From NCBI RefSeq assembly GCF_001194135.2, contig NC_068986.1, positions 101,645,200-101,707,373 on the forward strand: DNA of 62,174 bases. Direction: 5' to 3'. The stretch is from Octopus bimaculoides. Taxonomy: Eukaryota. Positions 1 to 13,749 of this stretch are shown here, one piece after another (positions within the stretch are counted from its first letter, which is position 1; every line of letters begins with the position of its first letter). The notes below the pieces were generated by a model. It made no database searches. It saw nothing but the letters and a program-made list of their open reading frames with translations, and was not told where the DNA came from. A program made the position numbers and the translations under genes.

Positions 1-60
<60 letters not shown>
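1..60. repeat. (GT)n microsatellite, truncated by window edge
   Basis: Perfect GT repeat from base 1 to 60. Confidence 0.99.
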
Positions 61-64
<4 letters not shown>

Positions 65-943
65 ATATATTCTGAATCGCCAAGATGTATACATATATTG
101 TGTTTTTACAGTTCCATGACATATTCTATATTTTAGCGATGGAATTTATTATATTATGCAAGTATGTAATGTTTATTTATGTCGTTGATAGTTGTAAAAT
201 TTTCCGATGTTTCATGTTTTATTTCCTATACGTGGATGGGTTGCAAAACAATCAGATTTCATTCCCCATGAATAAGTCGAGGTGTCAGTGAGAAGTGTTA
301 TTCAAAACTGCTATTTAATTAATCCCATTGACCGAGCGTAAAGTGAATTAAGGTGCATATTTGCCTATAGTCGTTTGAATCATTTCAGGTATAGTCGATT
401 AATTATATTAGAATAATAGCGTGTAATGATCACGGCATCCTATATCACGAAATAGACATATGCAATATTTGAAATCCGAAGTAAGAGAGATGCTAAATAA
501 CGGCAATTATATTCTAAAGCGTTCATCATTTCGGCAACGGTATGGATTACTTCGTTTTGTGCAAAATGGTAGATTTAAAAGGTAGTACATCAACCAACTT
601 AGTTTCCAAAACATTCACTCAAATCACTAGAAGAAAATAACCTACCAATTCTCTCTCCGTATGCATCAGCAACATACACCTATTCTCCTGAGATAATGTT
701 TTACAAAAGCAAAGTGTAAGCAGATGTATGAAGATTGGTGTTTCTGATTGTCTTGAAACACGGTTTCATTTCTCAGCTAATAGCTTCGAAAATAACAAAC
801 CACACGCAAGTAACAAACTACCCAGGTAGGATTCAAGTAAAGAGATCGTAATACTCAAATGTAACTGATGGTTAACCACTTCTGTCTCATCTATTTGTGT
901 GCATGCGCGCGCACACACAAACACACACGCGCACACATGCCAT

Positions 944-1098
944 GAGCTTTCGGTTTCCGCCTACTAAATCCTTTCATAAGTTTATAGTTGGCCCTTGGCT
1001 AGAGTAAAATATGTTTTCCCAAGGTGTCACGCAGTGGGAGTGAACTCAGTGTCATGTGGTCGGGTGAAAACTTTTTATCACACAACCACACCAACACC
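944..1098 (-). mobile_element. SINE family C, degraded 5' half
   Basis: CTTTCGGTTTCCGCCTACTAAATCC...CCCAAGGTGTCACGCAGTGGGAGTGAACTC...CATGTGG aligns with the copies at 46997-47350 and 58548-58990; CA/CG-rich tract on the expected side. Confidence 0.75.
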
Positions 1099-3080
1099 TA
1101 TCAAAATATTATATCCTACTACTTACTGTACTGACCAAATGGTTTTCGGTCCTCTGAAATGTAAAGATGCATATCAAACTTTCTTAAAGCCAGATTAATT
1201 TACCACCTGTCAACCAACTCTTCTCTTTTAAACTTGCAGTAAGCAATTTCTACAAAGCCTTTCGTTTTCCGTTCAGAACCGCAACGCTTGGCAGAAAAAA
1301 AGAACAAACAATGGAAACAACCTAAGATTTTTCTAGAGACACAATTTTGTTCAAATTACAGTTAAACATCAGTAAACAATAAATAGCGGTTAATTGAATC
1401 AGCCTAAAATTATTATTGGAAATTTAATTCATTAACAAATTCAAACGAAAAGTAAATTTCACAGCTGTTAAATATACATCATTTGTATGACACAAAAGAG
1501 GATGCAACACTCATCTATGGCATTCACAGAATGGTTATTTATAGTCTTTTTCTTATTCAGTGGATCTCCCTGTACCTTTATGCATTAGCCAATGATAACA
1601 CACTGAACTAGCTAAAAGAAGTTTGGATATATATATATATATGTATTTTTTAAATTCATTTTAAACTTTTCAACATGATTTTTTTTACAAAAGTATTGAT
1701 AAGTATAATCGGTACTTATCGAATGGCATTCTGGGTAAACAGATAACATAATGCATTTAATGCAGAGTGCACTTCAAAAATGTTATTTATCGGAAGACAT
1801 CTTACGGCTTAAGTGACACGACTAAAGTATATCTCACAAAGTCAAGTATTGATTCTTGCGTTAAAAAGCACTTCTTGTACGATTTTGGAGAAAAATAAAA
1901 TGCGAAACGAAAAAAACAAAAACTATATATAAATAAATAATCCACATAGCACAAAAAATAAACATACAAAAACATAGACACTATTATTATTACTTCCAAT
2001 ACTACTACTACTTCCACTACTACCACTACTACTAATAATAATAATAAAAATAGTAATCCAATAAAATCGGCTACATATAATAGTAGCATAACAGTAATCG
2101 TAGTGTTAATAATAACATGAATAAAAAAAAAAAATAATGAATGAAAGAATTGAAATGGAAAAAATAGATGTAAAAAGATAATAATGGAACAGCTTGCTAT
2201 CTTTGCAATCTATAAATATGTTATTTTGTATTTTAGTACGATTGCAAAAATACATTCATATATATATATATGCACAGACACATATAAGCATGTACATAGA
2301 CAATTGAATGCGTATGCCTATATATAAGTGTATCTATATGAGCATGTCAGAGGAGGGGGAGGGGAATATAAAATAATACACACACTAAATTTGGTGCATA
2401 CCAAAATGTTTATGAAAAACTAAAATATTTTTCTATTATTTTTCCCATTGTTCTGATGTTTTTGTTAAAGAGGCGATAATGCCATTACAGCTTTATAGTA
2501 TATCTTTGTGTGCTGTGGTTGTTGGTTTTTGCTTGAACTTTTAGCACCAAGCTGTCCCATTTTATATCTATAAGATAATGGGTCTAGTATTAAGCATCAG
2601 AGTAATTCTATACTTAAAAATAAAACGTGAATTAAGAAACTGCTATAAAACAATAATAAACATTGAAAATGTAATTGAAAGCAGTACAGAAAATATAAGG
2701 AGAGAAATCAGAGATAATGAGAAAAAGAAAGGGAAAATGAAGTAGTAAATGAAAGCGTGATAAAGGTTCGAGAAAAATGTGAAGAAGCGCGAATGAGGTG
2801 ATGGAGAAAGAAATATACATGCTGAAATGAGAAGAGAAAGACTAAGAAAATTTTAAAATGATTGAAGAAGTGTTAAGATGAAAGAGGAAATGTTTTTAGG
2901 AAAGTAAAGCTATAAAGAGATTCAAGATGATTAAAGGAATGTAAAATGATGGAATAATGAATAAGTAAATTTTGTGGTAGGAAATGGGTAAGAAGAAGTT
3001 CTGAAAAAGACAAAAGTGAAAGAAGGAAATGGAACGACAACAAGATTATAAGAAATCCAAGAAGAGAACAAGGAAATGAG

Positions 3081-3085
<5 letters not shown>

Positions 3086-3123
<38 letters not shown>
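3086..3123. repeat. (AG)n microsatellite in purine-rich low-complexity tract
   Basis: Direct reading. Confidence 0.95.
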
Positions 3124-3125
<2 letters not shown>

Positions 3126-5196
3126 TGTGGAAAATGTTTTAAGAAAAAAAAACGTGAAAGGACTTAGGAAATTAAATATGATCATACCGAGCAAGGGGTT
3201 GTTACGTGACTGCTTGATCTTTTAGAAACAAAGGTAAAATCTGACATTATACAACAGGTCGTAAAATGTTGTGTTAAAAATATACAGCACTGGCATTATC
3301 AGGTCTGGAACGCTTTGAAAACTGTGTCTTTTAGATGAGAGAAGACCTCGGGTTATGCAACAACACTTAGCCGAATTCACTTTAATATCAAATTGCCTTC
3401 CATGAAAATGGAAGAGAATTAAGCAGATGTTAAACATAAATATGTTGAAGGAAAACTTTCTATGTATTAATCTAATCATATACAAGTAGAAAGACAATGA
3501 AGGATATGTAAACTGACCGTCAGAGAGTGCGAGCGAGAATGACAGGGTGAGTGAATCAGAGTGAGAAAGAGAAAATGAGAATGAGGACGAGCGAGAGAAT
3601 AAGTGAGAGAGATGCCATTTAATGTAATGTGACTAGCCGAATTGCATCGGGTGTTATACAAATTATTTGACTCCGTACATACAATGCAGAATTTAATCAA
3701 CAATATATATAGTTATTAATCCAGAAACAATTTCGTTCGTGCAAAGTGAACGATTTCTGCTTGGTTTCGTTAATTTTTCAGTTTGGCCAGTGTACAGTAC
3801 AAGAGATCTCTTCTGCACTTTGAAAATCCAAACCCCTTTCGCTAACAACTCATCGAAATGCTGACAAATGCATCGATGATATTCCGTAGATAAAACTAGA
3901 GAACAAAAAATCTGGGTTTTTTTGTGTTTTTTTACGAATATAATCTCACCCATGACGCTATTCACATTAAACATACTTATTCCTAGATATGTGCAAGTAG
4001 ATCAAGCGAAAGAAAATACCTACAAATAGGAGACACCGAAATGAACTGGATGTTGGTTGGAATGGAAGGAACGTTTCACAGAAAACTTAGCATAGAAACG
4101 TAGTGGAGGTGATTAGAATATTTTAGATAAAACACTCAAGGAGTGATGAAAGAAAGTTTGAGAAAAAAACATAGGGAAAGGTAAGGCGGAATAAAGATGG
4201 TGAATAAATAAATAAAAATGAATTACCATCGATAAATGTGCTAAAGCAGATAATATATTTATCAAAATTATAATGCAATACTCTAGACGCTGTCTAGACA
4301 ACAATCTTTAAAATATTATCATTAATAATCGACAACGACAGGAACAGATGCAATAAAAAGAAATACCAAGAGCAAAAACTATCCAAAATAACACCCACAA
4401 TAAGAACAAGTATTCGACATTAAGCATATGACAACTAATAATAGTTGTAATAATAATAGATTTTCAGTGGAATAATGAAAGTGAATTGAAAATATGAGCT
4501 CATGCGCAATCGATCGTCTTTATAGCCTATGTAAGTAACATTATTACATACTATTTAATCCATTTTCTGTTGAGAACACATAAATCAAATAATATATGGT
4601 ACTGAACGAAACGTCTTTGAGCTACAGACAACTGAATAACAATCGAAACAATAACGCTTTAGTTATTACTATCGAAAACAATAAAAAGTAACAACGTACT
4701 AGAAGTGATATAACTAGAAATATCAACAAAATATAGGCCGCATTGATAAGGCTCCATTTATATTCCTAATGCAGGTAATATATTTTGCATATAGATATTT
4801 GTCAGGGAAAAATAAATATTACCCGGAGGAAGAAACGAAATCGAACGTTTCGGGCACAAGTCTTCGAACGAAGAAGAGATGAAAGGTTCTGTACAAAATG
4901 CGACATATTTTTCTGCCTAAACACGAGAATTTATTTCATTTACTAAATTATAGTATTTCCTGTTTTGTGATTTTAACCAAATTTTATCAGATTAATTTGT
5001 GCTACATCTAACTTTTTACAACGACCTAATGTTCATGCTTAAATCTACAAAGTAAACTTACGAAAGAACTTATTCGTATAAAACTGTAAACACACCTGTA
5101 CATTTATGAGGTACGGTATAAGAACCACTAGATGCCTTACAATCGTGAAAATATAATTGCATAACACACACGCATGCATGCATATATATCCCTAGG

Positions 5197-5238
5197 GATA
5201 TCTGAAGAAGGAATTTTTATATTCCGAAATATTATATC
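5197..5238 (+). ncRNA. Candidate minimal type I hammerhead ribozyme
   Basis: GATAT-CTGAAGA-A-GGAAT-ttttat-ATTCC-GAAA-TAT-T-ATATC. Stem I 5 bp (5197-5201/5234-5238), core CUGAAGA 5202-5208, extra A, stem II 5 bp (5210-5214/5221-5225), GAAA 5226-5229, loopless palindromic ATAT stem III, AUU triplet. Confidence 0.5.
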
Positions 5239-5395
5239 AGACTATAGGTGATTAAATTACACGAGTTATTGTAGTCCAGTGTTGTTTTAATAGTGCATTG
5301 TTGCGTCGGTCAAAATATATTATTATTTAATTATTTACTATTATTATTGTTTACAAACAATACACAATGCTTCAATCGAACTACAATATTCACTG

Positions 5396-5396
<1 letters not shown>

Positions 5397-5432
<36 letters not shown>
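5397..5432. repeat. (TA)n microsatellite
   Basis: Direct reading. Confidence 0.97.
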
Positions 5433-5435
<3 letters not shown>

Positions 5436-5574
5436 AAAAAAAAGACATCAGAATTTTGGAATAACTTCTTTCATTTATTTTATACATATATTGGCGCTTA
5501 GACGAACGAAAGCGTTAATATATGTATAAAATAAATAAGTTATTCCAAAATTCTGACGACATTTTTTTTCAATA
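5431..5574. repeat. Fold-back inverted repeat (~60 bp arms, 24 nt spacer), MITE-like
   Basis: Arm 5431-5492 is the reverse complement of 5517-5574 apart from 2 substitutions, a 1 nt indel and a 5 nt indel. Confidence 0.9.
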
Positions 5575-7131
5575 TTTACTTCTGTACATCANNNNNNNNN
5601 NNNNNNNNNNNNNNNNNNNNNNNNNNNNNNNNNNNNNNNNNNNNNNNNNNNNNNNNNNNNNNNNNNNNNNNNNNNNNNNNNNNNNNNNNNNNNNNNNNNN
5701 NNNNNNNNNNNNNNNNNNNNNNNNNNNNNNNNNNNNNNNNNNNNNNNNNNNNNNNNNNNNNNNNNNNNNNNNNNNNNNNNNNNNNNNNNNNNNNNNNNNN
5801 NNNNNNNNNNNNNNNNNNNNNNNNNNNCACACACACACCGACACACACACACACATGCTCACGCACCCACATATGTTAACGGTCGGGACTGTTTTGTTAG
5901 TGTATGCAATAAAATAATAATAATAATAATAATAACACCAGTTGCGAGGAAATAGGTGAAATATAATATCGATTATTCCGGCACCCAAAATATGTCAATA
6001 AAATATCTAGAACCGCGTTTTTAATGCGAAGTTTTTGCTTTCAATAGTGACGCGGATAAAACAGGTTTTATGAATGGGGTTACTACGTTCATTCCTACAT
6101 TTATGTGGGATAGCTACGTTTACTAAAGTAAAAGGACTTGTTTAATGCAAGTTGTTTGGAATCAACGAATGTGAATGGCTTCCTGTTTCTAAAATATATT
6201 ATTGCCAGTGAAGAACTAAAATAATGATAGAATCGTCTTTCAAAGAAATATTGACATGTGAAATATCGATTAAGTAAATTTTACTGCAAACGATACAAGA
6301 ATAAGTTCAATAGGTCATACTGGAAGATACATTATTTACTTAAAAAGTAGCGTAAATAGACCCTGTCCCAAATCACACTTTCTGAAAATATGAATCATAG
6401 GAAGGTTGGGAGGAAAGATGTGATGCAAGCATGTTTCTCCCGTTTTGTCTTGACATCCTATGGTCATGACAGGAAGTATATAACTGTGGCTATGCGATAC
6501 AAGACCGTTCGGATGAATTAAAGTTTAACCAGCTGAAATATGAAAACTTACAGTACATACATATTGATTGAGAAATTGCTTCAAAGGTTGTCTCATAGAG
6601 ATATACATGGTATATATGTAGTAAAGTAACCAATCTAGAATAAATAAATAAATGAATAAATAAATTAAAATCTCAGCCGGACGACAAAAGATTATCATCA
6701 TGTTAAGAAGGTCACAGTTCATTTAAATGACAGGGAAAATGGCAAAGTTCACTATAGATTGGTATATTTAAGCGAAATGAATAAAACACTTTCACAGTAA
6801 TGTAAAAATATTAAATGATTGTTTTCTTTTAAATGTTTTAAGTTTAATTTTCTATACTTTACTATCGTGGTAATCAAAGCATGTCACTAGATGCTAAGCA
6901 ATAACATGTTCCGTAACATTCACACAGCATCGGCGCTTCGTTACTTTTTGCATAGATAAGTTGAATATGAATATACGCTGAATATAAATATGAGACAAAC
7001 AGGTTCCATTATTGTGAATTACTTTAAATAATTTGCGAAGAAATGTACAAAATAGTACATTATAAGACACAATATAGATTCTCTCTTCCTGTTACACTAT
7101 GAAGAATACAAAAAAACTAGTTTTATTGATA

Positions 7132-7930
7132 TACACTGAACTACAAAAGAAACGTCGTTCTGTAAAAGATTATTTGTTCCACACACAATATTGAGATTAT
7201 ATGGATTTCTTTCCCATTTCTAGATAATTTAAAAACAGAAAGATGTCACTGATCCACAAAACCACTCTCTGAGGAAAACACAAAGATTGCATGTATGGTT
7301 CGAACTCGCTCGCTTCGTGAACGTGGTAATGCTCGCGAACGTATCTTTATGAAAAGCATGATGCACATGCAAAACGTTGGCTCATTGGGTATAAAAGGCA
7401 TCGACGGTCAACATCCTTGGATCATTGCTAATAACTTGAACTGCAGTATTCGGGCAATTAAGCGATTAAGGGAACGATACAATGCCACAGACAGCACGGA
7501 TGATCGTCTCCGAAGTGACCGACGGAGGGTTACAACGGCACGTCAAAATCGTCACCTACACCGACAGCACTTGAAGCACCGATTCCGGAGGGTAACGGAA
7601 TTAGCTAGGCAGACCATAAGGACTCACCTCAGACCCATTTGTGCAGATACAGTTCGCCGCCGGTTGAGATCCTTCAATTTGTCTTATATATATGATGGAG
7701 GCGATATATGCGTTCGACAGAGACAGCGTTCTATCGGCCTGTTTCTTGATGTAACTTTTAGATATCTGAGCAAACCGTTTAACATAACTGTTTTACAAGG
7801 CTACTTATATCTAAATTACAATGTACAAAACTTGATATGATACACTTGCTCTTCTGACGGAGTACCGACACGATTGGACATGCATTCCGCCAGAATTGTG
7901 CAATAACCTCGCGCTAGTTCATGCGGGCTA
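7132..7930 (+). mobile_element. Degenerate Tc1/mariner DNA transposon with transposase N-terminal HTH remnant, internally deleted
   Basis: 7424-7681 translates IANNLNCSIRAIKRLRERYNATDSTDDRLRSDRRRVTTARQNR...TVRRRLRSFNL, matching the Tc1 pattern (HTH, GRPR-like linker, second HTH ending TVRRRL). Possible C-terminal remnant DWTCIPPELCNNL near 7870-7910 and possible left end TACACTGAAC at 7132. No DDE core or right TIR seen. Confidence 0.8.
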
Positions 7931-10900
7931 ACTAATTTCAACCCATTGAAATCCGATATTGATGAACTTATGTATGTTCATAAAGATACGTGTCGGAAAA
8001 GGATTTTTGCTACATCCATTGACATCATTAGTTCTAAGCCAGATGTTTACTTGTAATGAAGAATAGAAGAGTGCTCTATCGTTTGGGCATATAATGCAAA
8101 CATGGACGATCAAAATAAGTGAGATTCAGAGTTAATGATTGATTTATCAACAGGCTATGGAATGTTGTGACGCCTCTACTTTGGTGCGACTGATTCGACA
8201 CTGAATTCTTCGATATATTTTGTCTGTCTGTCTGTTTGTTTGTGTGTGTGTGTGTCTCTCTCTGACTCTTTACTTTATATGAGTGAATATATTTCTCTTC
8301 TTCTTTCTGTATGAAGTGAAAGAAACAGTTCTTGTCAATTGTATTCAATTAATAAATTCCCACTTCTCCTTCTTCCTCTTTATATTTCTTCGTGCAAGTC
8401 CGTTTTTGCATCCAGCGAAGAAGTTTACTGCTGAATATCCAGTTAGTCGTGCCAATTGACCAGCATCCAAGCAGCTACGCTCATTCATCTCATTCTATAT
8501 CCAACATTATCTACAGACCAAGTCTTCCTTCTGGCGACGTACCCTCGTAATCATAATGGACGCGTATTGATTGACAGTGTTAAGTGTACAGCTGGGACTG
8601 CTCCCCAAATCTTATGGACAAGAATCAAAAAGCCTTTACAATGCAAATGATTTTTGGCCATATCTTCAGAACATATTACCCTGCGGTAATCCTCCTTCAT
8701 TTTAATAATCAAAAATAGCAGATGGTCTCCAGTGTCACTACTTTATTCTGTAATAGACTGGATTTCCATAATAGACATTTGTATATATGTGTGTATGTGT
8801 ATATATCAGTGTTTTTTTTTTAATTAATCTAGAGAGAGAGGGGGGGGGAGACATAGAAAATGTTTTCCCTGCTTTGATTCGCAGAAACTTTAGAATCTGA
8901 GTGATTGATTGACATTTAGACTGATTGCCGAATGTATCGCATTACAAAAATATTTGTTTACATTAATAGATTCTCCATACAGTTTGTATCTAATTTATCA
9001 GTGTACACAATTGATTGAGAGAGAAGGCAAAAGTAACTGGAATGCAAATATTGGACAAAGCAGTTACATACTGATAATGAGATACGCTATTGGATTATGT
9101 GGGCAATCAATCAGCTTAATATGTCTTCCATATTATTTCCAAATAAATTTAAAAAATAATGAATGAAAATAATGAATGAAAATAATAATAATAATAATAA
9201 TAACAACAATATTGACGGAGAAAGTGAAATATGATATTGATCTTGGAATGAAAGGTAAATTAAGAGATAGGTTATTCGGTTAGTTAATCTACTGGTATTC
9301 ATACATCATTTGATCGTATTTACTTATCTACTTTTGGATAGTAATCTATTATCGAATCTTGTTGCACAACCTGTTTGCTGTCAAAGATTTCTATAGTGTT
9401 AGCAAATATGATAGTGTTAAGATAAACGTAAACAAGTTAAATTGTAACCAGTGTTTGTTTCGTATGTAGCCAATGAAAGGCTGTTGTGCTTTCTTTCAAT
9501 TTACTTCATTGCTACCATCTTGTACTGAATACACTTACTAAGTAATCTTCCTTAATTATATTTTGCTGCTAGGAGGTAGTGACATTTTCGAGGCTATATA
9601 CTTCCAGCATTTAAGCATATTGTCCAATGTCTATAATTTCGTGATGTATTCGTGGCAGAAACTGAATTATTTTCTGCTAGCTTTTCAGGCTTGTACATTG
9701 ATATGTGCCAGGTACACGTCTTTGCTCTCAGCTGTGAGAGAATAATTCCATTATTGAGTGGTTCATCGCTATATGGAACAAGCTCTAACACTTTGCAAGT
9801 GGAGTTTATATAATCTACACAATAAAAGCACAAATCACCAACACAGGAAGCCACTATATAGTCACTGTAAATGTTAGTATCAGCAGTCAGTTTAGCTCAG
9901 ATCACACGCTACCATCTTTAAAAAGTAAAGGTAACATGATTGAAAATATACAAGTTACGCCAAAAAACGGGTACATTTTATAAATTTCAAGAGCAAACAT
10001 ACAGTGTGTCTCATCCAAGCTATGATCGTAAGTGAAAAAAAGGTGATGCAAATAGCAGTATTAACATCTATATAAATTTGCATTTATAACACCAATTACC
10101 GTGTCAAATACGGGATAGGGTCGTTTTAGGGCCCTTTTGCACACATGGGACCGGTGCTGCTGAAAACTCATCAACCAGTACTGATCTTCATTGAAGCATT
10201 GAAAACTCTAGTCTTTTAACGAGAGAAAGTATGTTTTCGTTGCCCTTTATCAGATGTAGCCGAATCAACTTGTCTTTCTTGTTTGTATATAATGTGGATT
10301 TACTTCACAAAGGGAAAACGGCATGAAAGAAATCTCGTAGAATTCCACCTAGACGTCTTCTAGATATTGAAAAATTACGTAATTCTCCTTCTGATTATGA
10401 AGCTCTTAGGAAATGGAGATTATATTGAGTAATGTAGTCCTATAAAAATTATGCATGCTCAATTAAAATGGAACAGTCCCGAATGGAAACAATTTGCTCA
10501 GAGGTAGTTTTCATGAGAATTGCCTTCGATTTGTTAAACAAAAATTAACAATGCAAATAGATTACATTTGGACATTTGAACTGCTAAAAATAAGATATCC
10601 TCCCTGAAATCTCATTCCATCATCTGAAATAGGAATGAGGCAGAAGAAAGTGTTGTTTGAGTTTCCTATAAATGAATGCCATGATCTGAATGGCTCTGGT
10701 CACAGATCGTGATTCACTTCAATTACACTCGACTTGTGGCTGCATCATAACAACAACGATATCTGCAGCAGTATCAACTTCAAACAAGTGTGCATTGTTT
10801 GTGCTTATAGGTGTGTGTGTGTATGAGCCAAAGACACAATGGGAGACCCCCTTCGTGGTCGTTCGATACGCAAATAATAGTAGTCAAGTCACCCTTATTT

Positions 10901-11902
10901 AACATGCAACACTCTTAATAAACGATGCATTACATGATATGGTCCTGGGATGCCTTCATACTGTAAAGTATGGGATGATCTTGACTGGAGCGCTTTTGTC
11001 CATAGATGTCATTACTCAATGCTATTCTGAGACTGAACAACAACGAGCGAATATCAAGGCATATAGTCCTGCTAGAAATAGCTGATAAATCTCATTCAAA
11101 TTTCCCTTGCGTATAATAATGAACTCATCCGACAACGTAGCTGTCTATATACACTGAAAATGGAAGGTCACAGTATTTGGAATATCCTTGATCAGAGCTG
11201 ATCGTTGCTGGTGTGTGTATAAACAACAATATCGTTTTTTTTTTTTTTACGAATGCGTGGGCATAACTATTAGGAATATACGAAAAGCAACAAGAACAAA
11301 TAAACAGACAGCAATGTACACAGAAAATTATAAAAAAAATATTTTAAAAGGCAGGCAATAATAAGCTAATAAGAGAACCTCTCTAAACACCCTAGAAACA
11401 GCAGCAAAATTCGTATCACATCACACTATGTCAGAAACAAATAGAAAAGTTAGAAAATATAGAAAATATACACATGTCCAACCAGAAGAAGGAATGATAT
11501 ACTAGCTCAGACCTAAAACGGAGCTAAACATTCTTAAATATTGCGAGTTAGACACGGCTGGAACACCACTAATCATAAGTCTACTCTGCCAGTACAACCA
11601 GTTCAATAAGAACAAGAAGCAAATTACCAACAAGCGAGCTCTATCGTTGTTACTATTAAACATCAGCGGCTGTTAATAGAGATCATACGACTTTCAAGCG
11701 TCTGCTGAATTTCTCCATGCCATCTCTATAAAGGATACGTTGGTTATATACATAGTAGCAAAGCTGGTTATACAAAAATATGCGACAGCCGAACCTCGAT
11801 TACATTGAAAACAAATTGGAAATTCGATGGAAGCTCTCTGGACACCATCACCATAAGTAGCGCTTTGTGTCAAGATGCAGTCTGTGTGTGCACACATTAG
11901 CT

Positions 11903-11959
11903 GCAAGATATAGCAACTAATCGCAAGATATAGCAACTAATCGCAAGATATAGCAACTA
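11903..11959. repeat. 20 bp tandem repeat x3 (GCAAGATATAGCAACTAATC)
   Basis: Direct reading; third copy slightly incomplete. Confidence 0.95.
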
Positions 11960-12901
11960 CATGCATTTATATATTTACATATTTTGCGAATTTATATTGA
12001 AAAAAAAATGCACTTTAGGGAATATTGCAAAATATGTCAACTAGTATTGAAATATAGTTGCAATATATTCTTTGATTATTTATAAAGAAAGATGATTTAT
12101 GGTTGGAATATTTTCGATCTATGATCAAAGATGTTCCAGCCGCAACCGATTCTCGTTTCAGTCAGCTCCATTAAAACTGACCTTGGAAAACAATCAAGAA
12201 TATTAACCAATCATTAAAACCAACTGTATCCCACACGCAGATAAAACAGCCGCAAGAAAAACTATTACTTTAACTACTACTACTACTACTGCTGCAATAG
12301 TCACAGCATTATACATATTACACCAGAAACACATTATCAATAGCATCAAGCAAAGAGCTAAATTACCAGTGACATCTTCATCACTATCAATATAGTCTCA
12401 TTACCAAAAACATCAAAAGCAGTAGTTTTGCAGACGATGTGGAAGATAACAGTTATCGTCATCACCATTTTCGACAGCAACAAATATCAAAGAATTACAG
12501 TTTCTTTCATCTTCGACAACAGCAAACCAAACTTTGTGTGGTCGTTTGAATCGTTTTGATATAATTAGTGGAGACCTCACTAAAATAAAAACAATAAGAA
12601 AATGTTTAAAATAAAAATTTTGAAAAGCATGAGGTGCACTGTATTCTCAAATGAGACGGGATGGGCAAAGCTGGAAAGCATTCGACCTTACGTCAGCTCG
12701 ATGAGGACACAGTGGAACTAAACAACAACGAGACAATAGTAATAGATGTCGTTACAATAGCTTTCGCAATAACAATAGCTACACGGATTTCATTTAGAAA
12801 CTTCGAAATGCTGATATGGAAATACAAGGTATGTGTAAGAAAAAAAAAAAATGAATTATATTTAATAGAAACATTATCATTATTTATGTAGATTCTTTGG
12901 A

Positions 12902-13090
12902 GATGGCGAGCCGGTAGAATGGTTAGTCTGCCAGGCAACATGCTTAACACATTTCGTCCATCATTATGTTCTAAGTTCAAGTTATGCCGGGGTCGATAAC
13001 ATAAGAACCAATAGAGAATACACGGGTCGATGTAATATGTTTAACCCCTCCCCCGAAATTGTTGGCTTTCAGCCAAAATATGAAACGAAT
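12902..13090 (+). mobile_element. SINE family B, degraded and internally deleted
   Basis: GGCGAG...ATGCTTAAC.CATTTCGTC...GTTCAAGTT...GGGGTCGATAA...GGGTCGATGTAAT matches other B copies. Confidence 0.75.
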
Positions 13091-13354
13091 ATTTATATAG
13101 ATTCCTTCTATTAACAAATGTTCACAAATTCCACGGAAGGACAAAGTCAATTTGGCGACACTGGTATCTGACTGGTACTTAATGTAGCGACGCGATTTAG
13201 CTGCTATTGCTAGCAAACAGTGTGACCACATACAGGTTCCGTTTTGACGCCAGGTAGTACTTCTAAGAAGTTCCTAGGACAACGATATTGAGGTATTAAC
13301 TATTCTAGTTGATGCTGTTGTTCAAGTCTTAATGGATCTGACTGTAACTAGCTT

Positions 13355-13650
13355 GTCATGTCTGGAATATCTTTCATCATAGATCAAAGACATTCCAGCC
13401 ATGACCAGGTCGTCTTTATGTATAAGCAGGAACACAATGGAGAATATGGTGTAGTTCTTTTTAACACTAAATAGTATTGATGCTGAAAGAGATGATTATG
13501 TTGAAAAGTATTTCATCGATTTAGCTCTTTTTAGTTAATGCTTATAACCAATGTGCCCTGGATTTCTTGAAAAGACAGGATGATCATGGTTGGAAGTCGT
13601 TCGATCATAGATATCCTGGACAAGAACTAAACCTGGATCTAAGCAACAAC
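13355..13650. repeat. Cluster of three short family-E repeats in alternating orientation
   Basis: 13355-13378 (-) and 13382-13420 (+) are head-to-head; 13572-13650 (-) matches the best E copy at 39864-39939. Confidence 0.75.
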
Positions 13651-13749
13651 GAAATAATAGCAATATACGTAATAGGAACAACTTTAATGAGAACAACCAT
13701 TAGGAAGTGATTTATTTGCTGTTTCTAACAAGGTTGTACACAATAGAGG

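Noticed and set aside
4845-4872. Minus-strand half-hammerheads (GCCCGAAACGTT here; CTGATAAAGGGCAACGAAAAC at 10231-10253)
   Set aside because: Core is broken (no intact CUGANGA); at most decayed relatives.
11300-11640. A-rich, coding-like stretch suggesting a retroelement remnant
   Set aside because: No recognisable motif in any frame.
12661-12891. 76 aa ORF with AAG|GTATGT donor-like site near 12828
   Set aside because: No recognisable protein or good acceptor; the middle is decayed AAT/AAC repeat.
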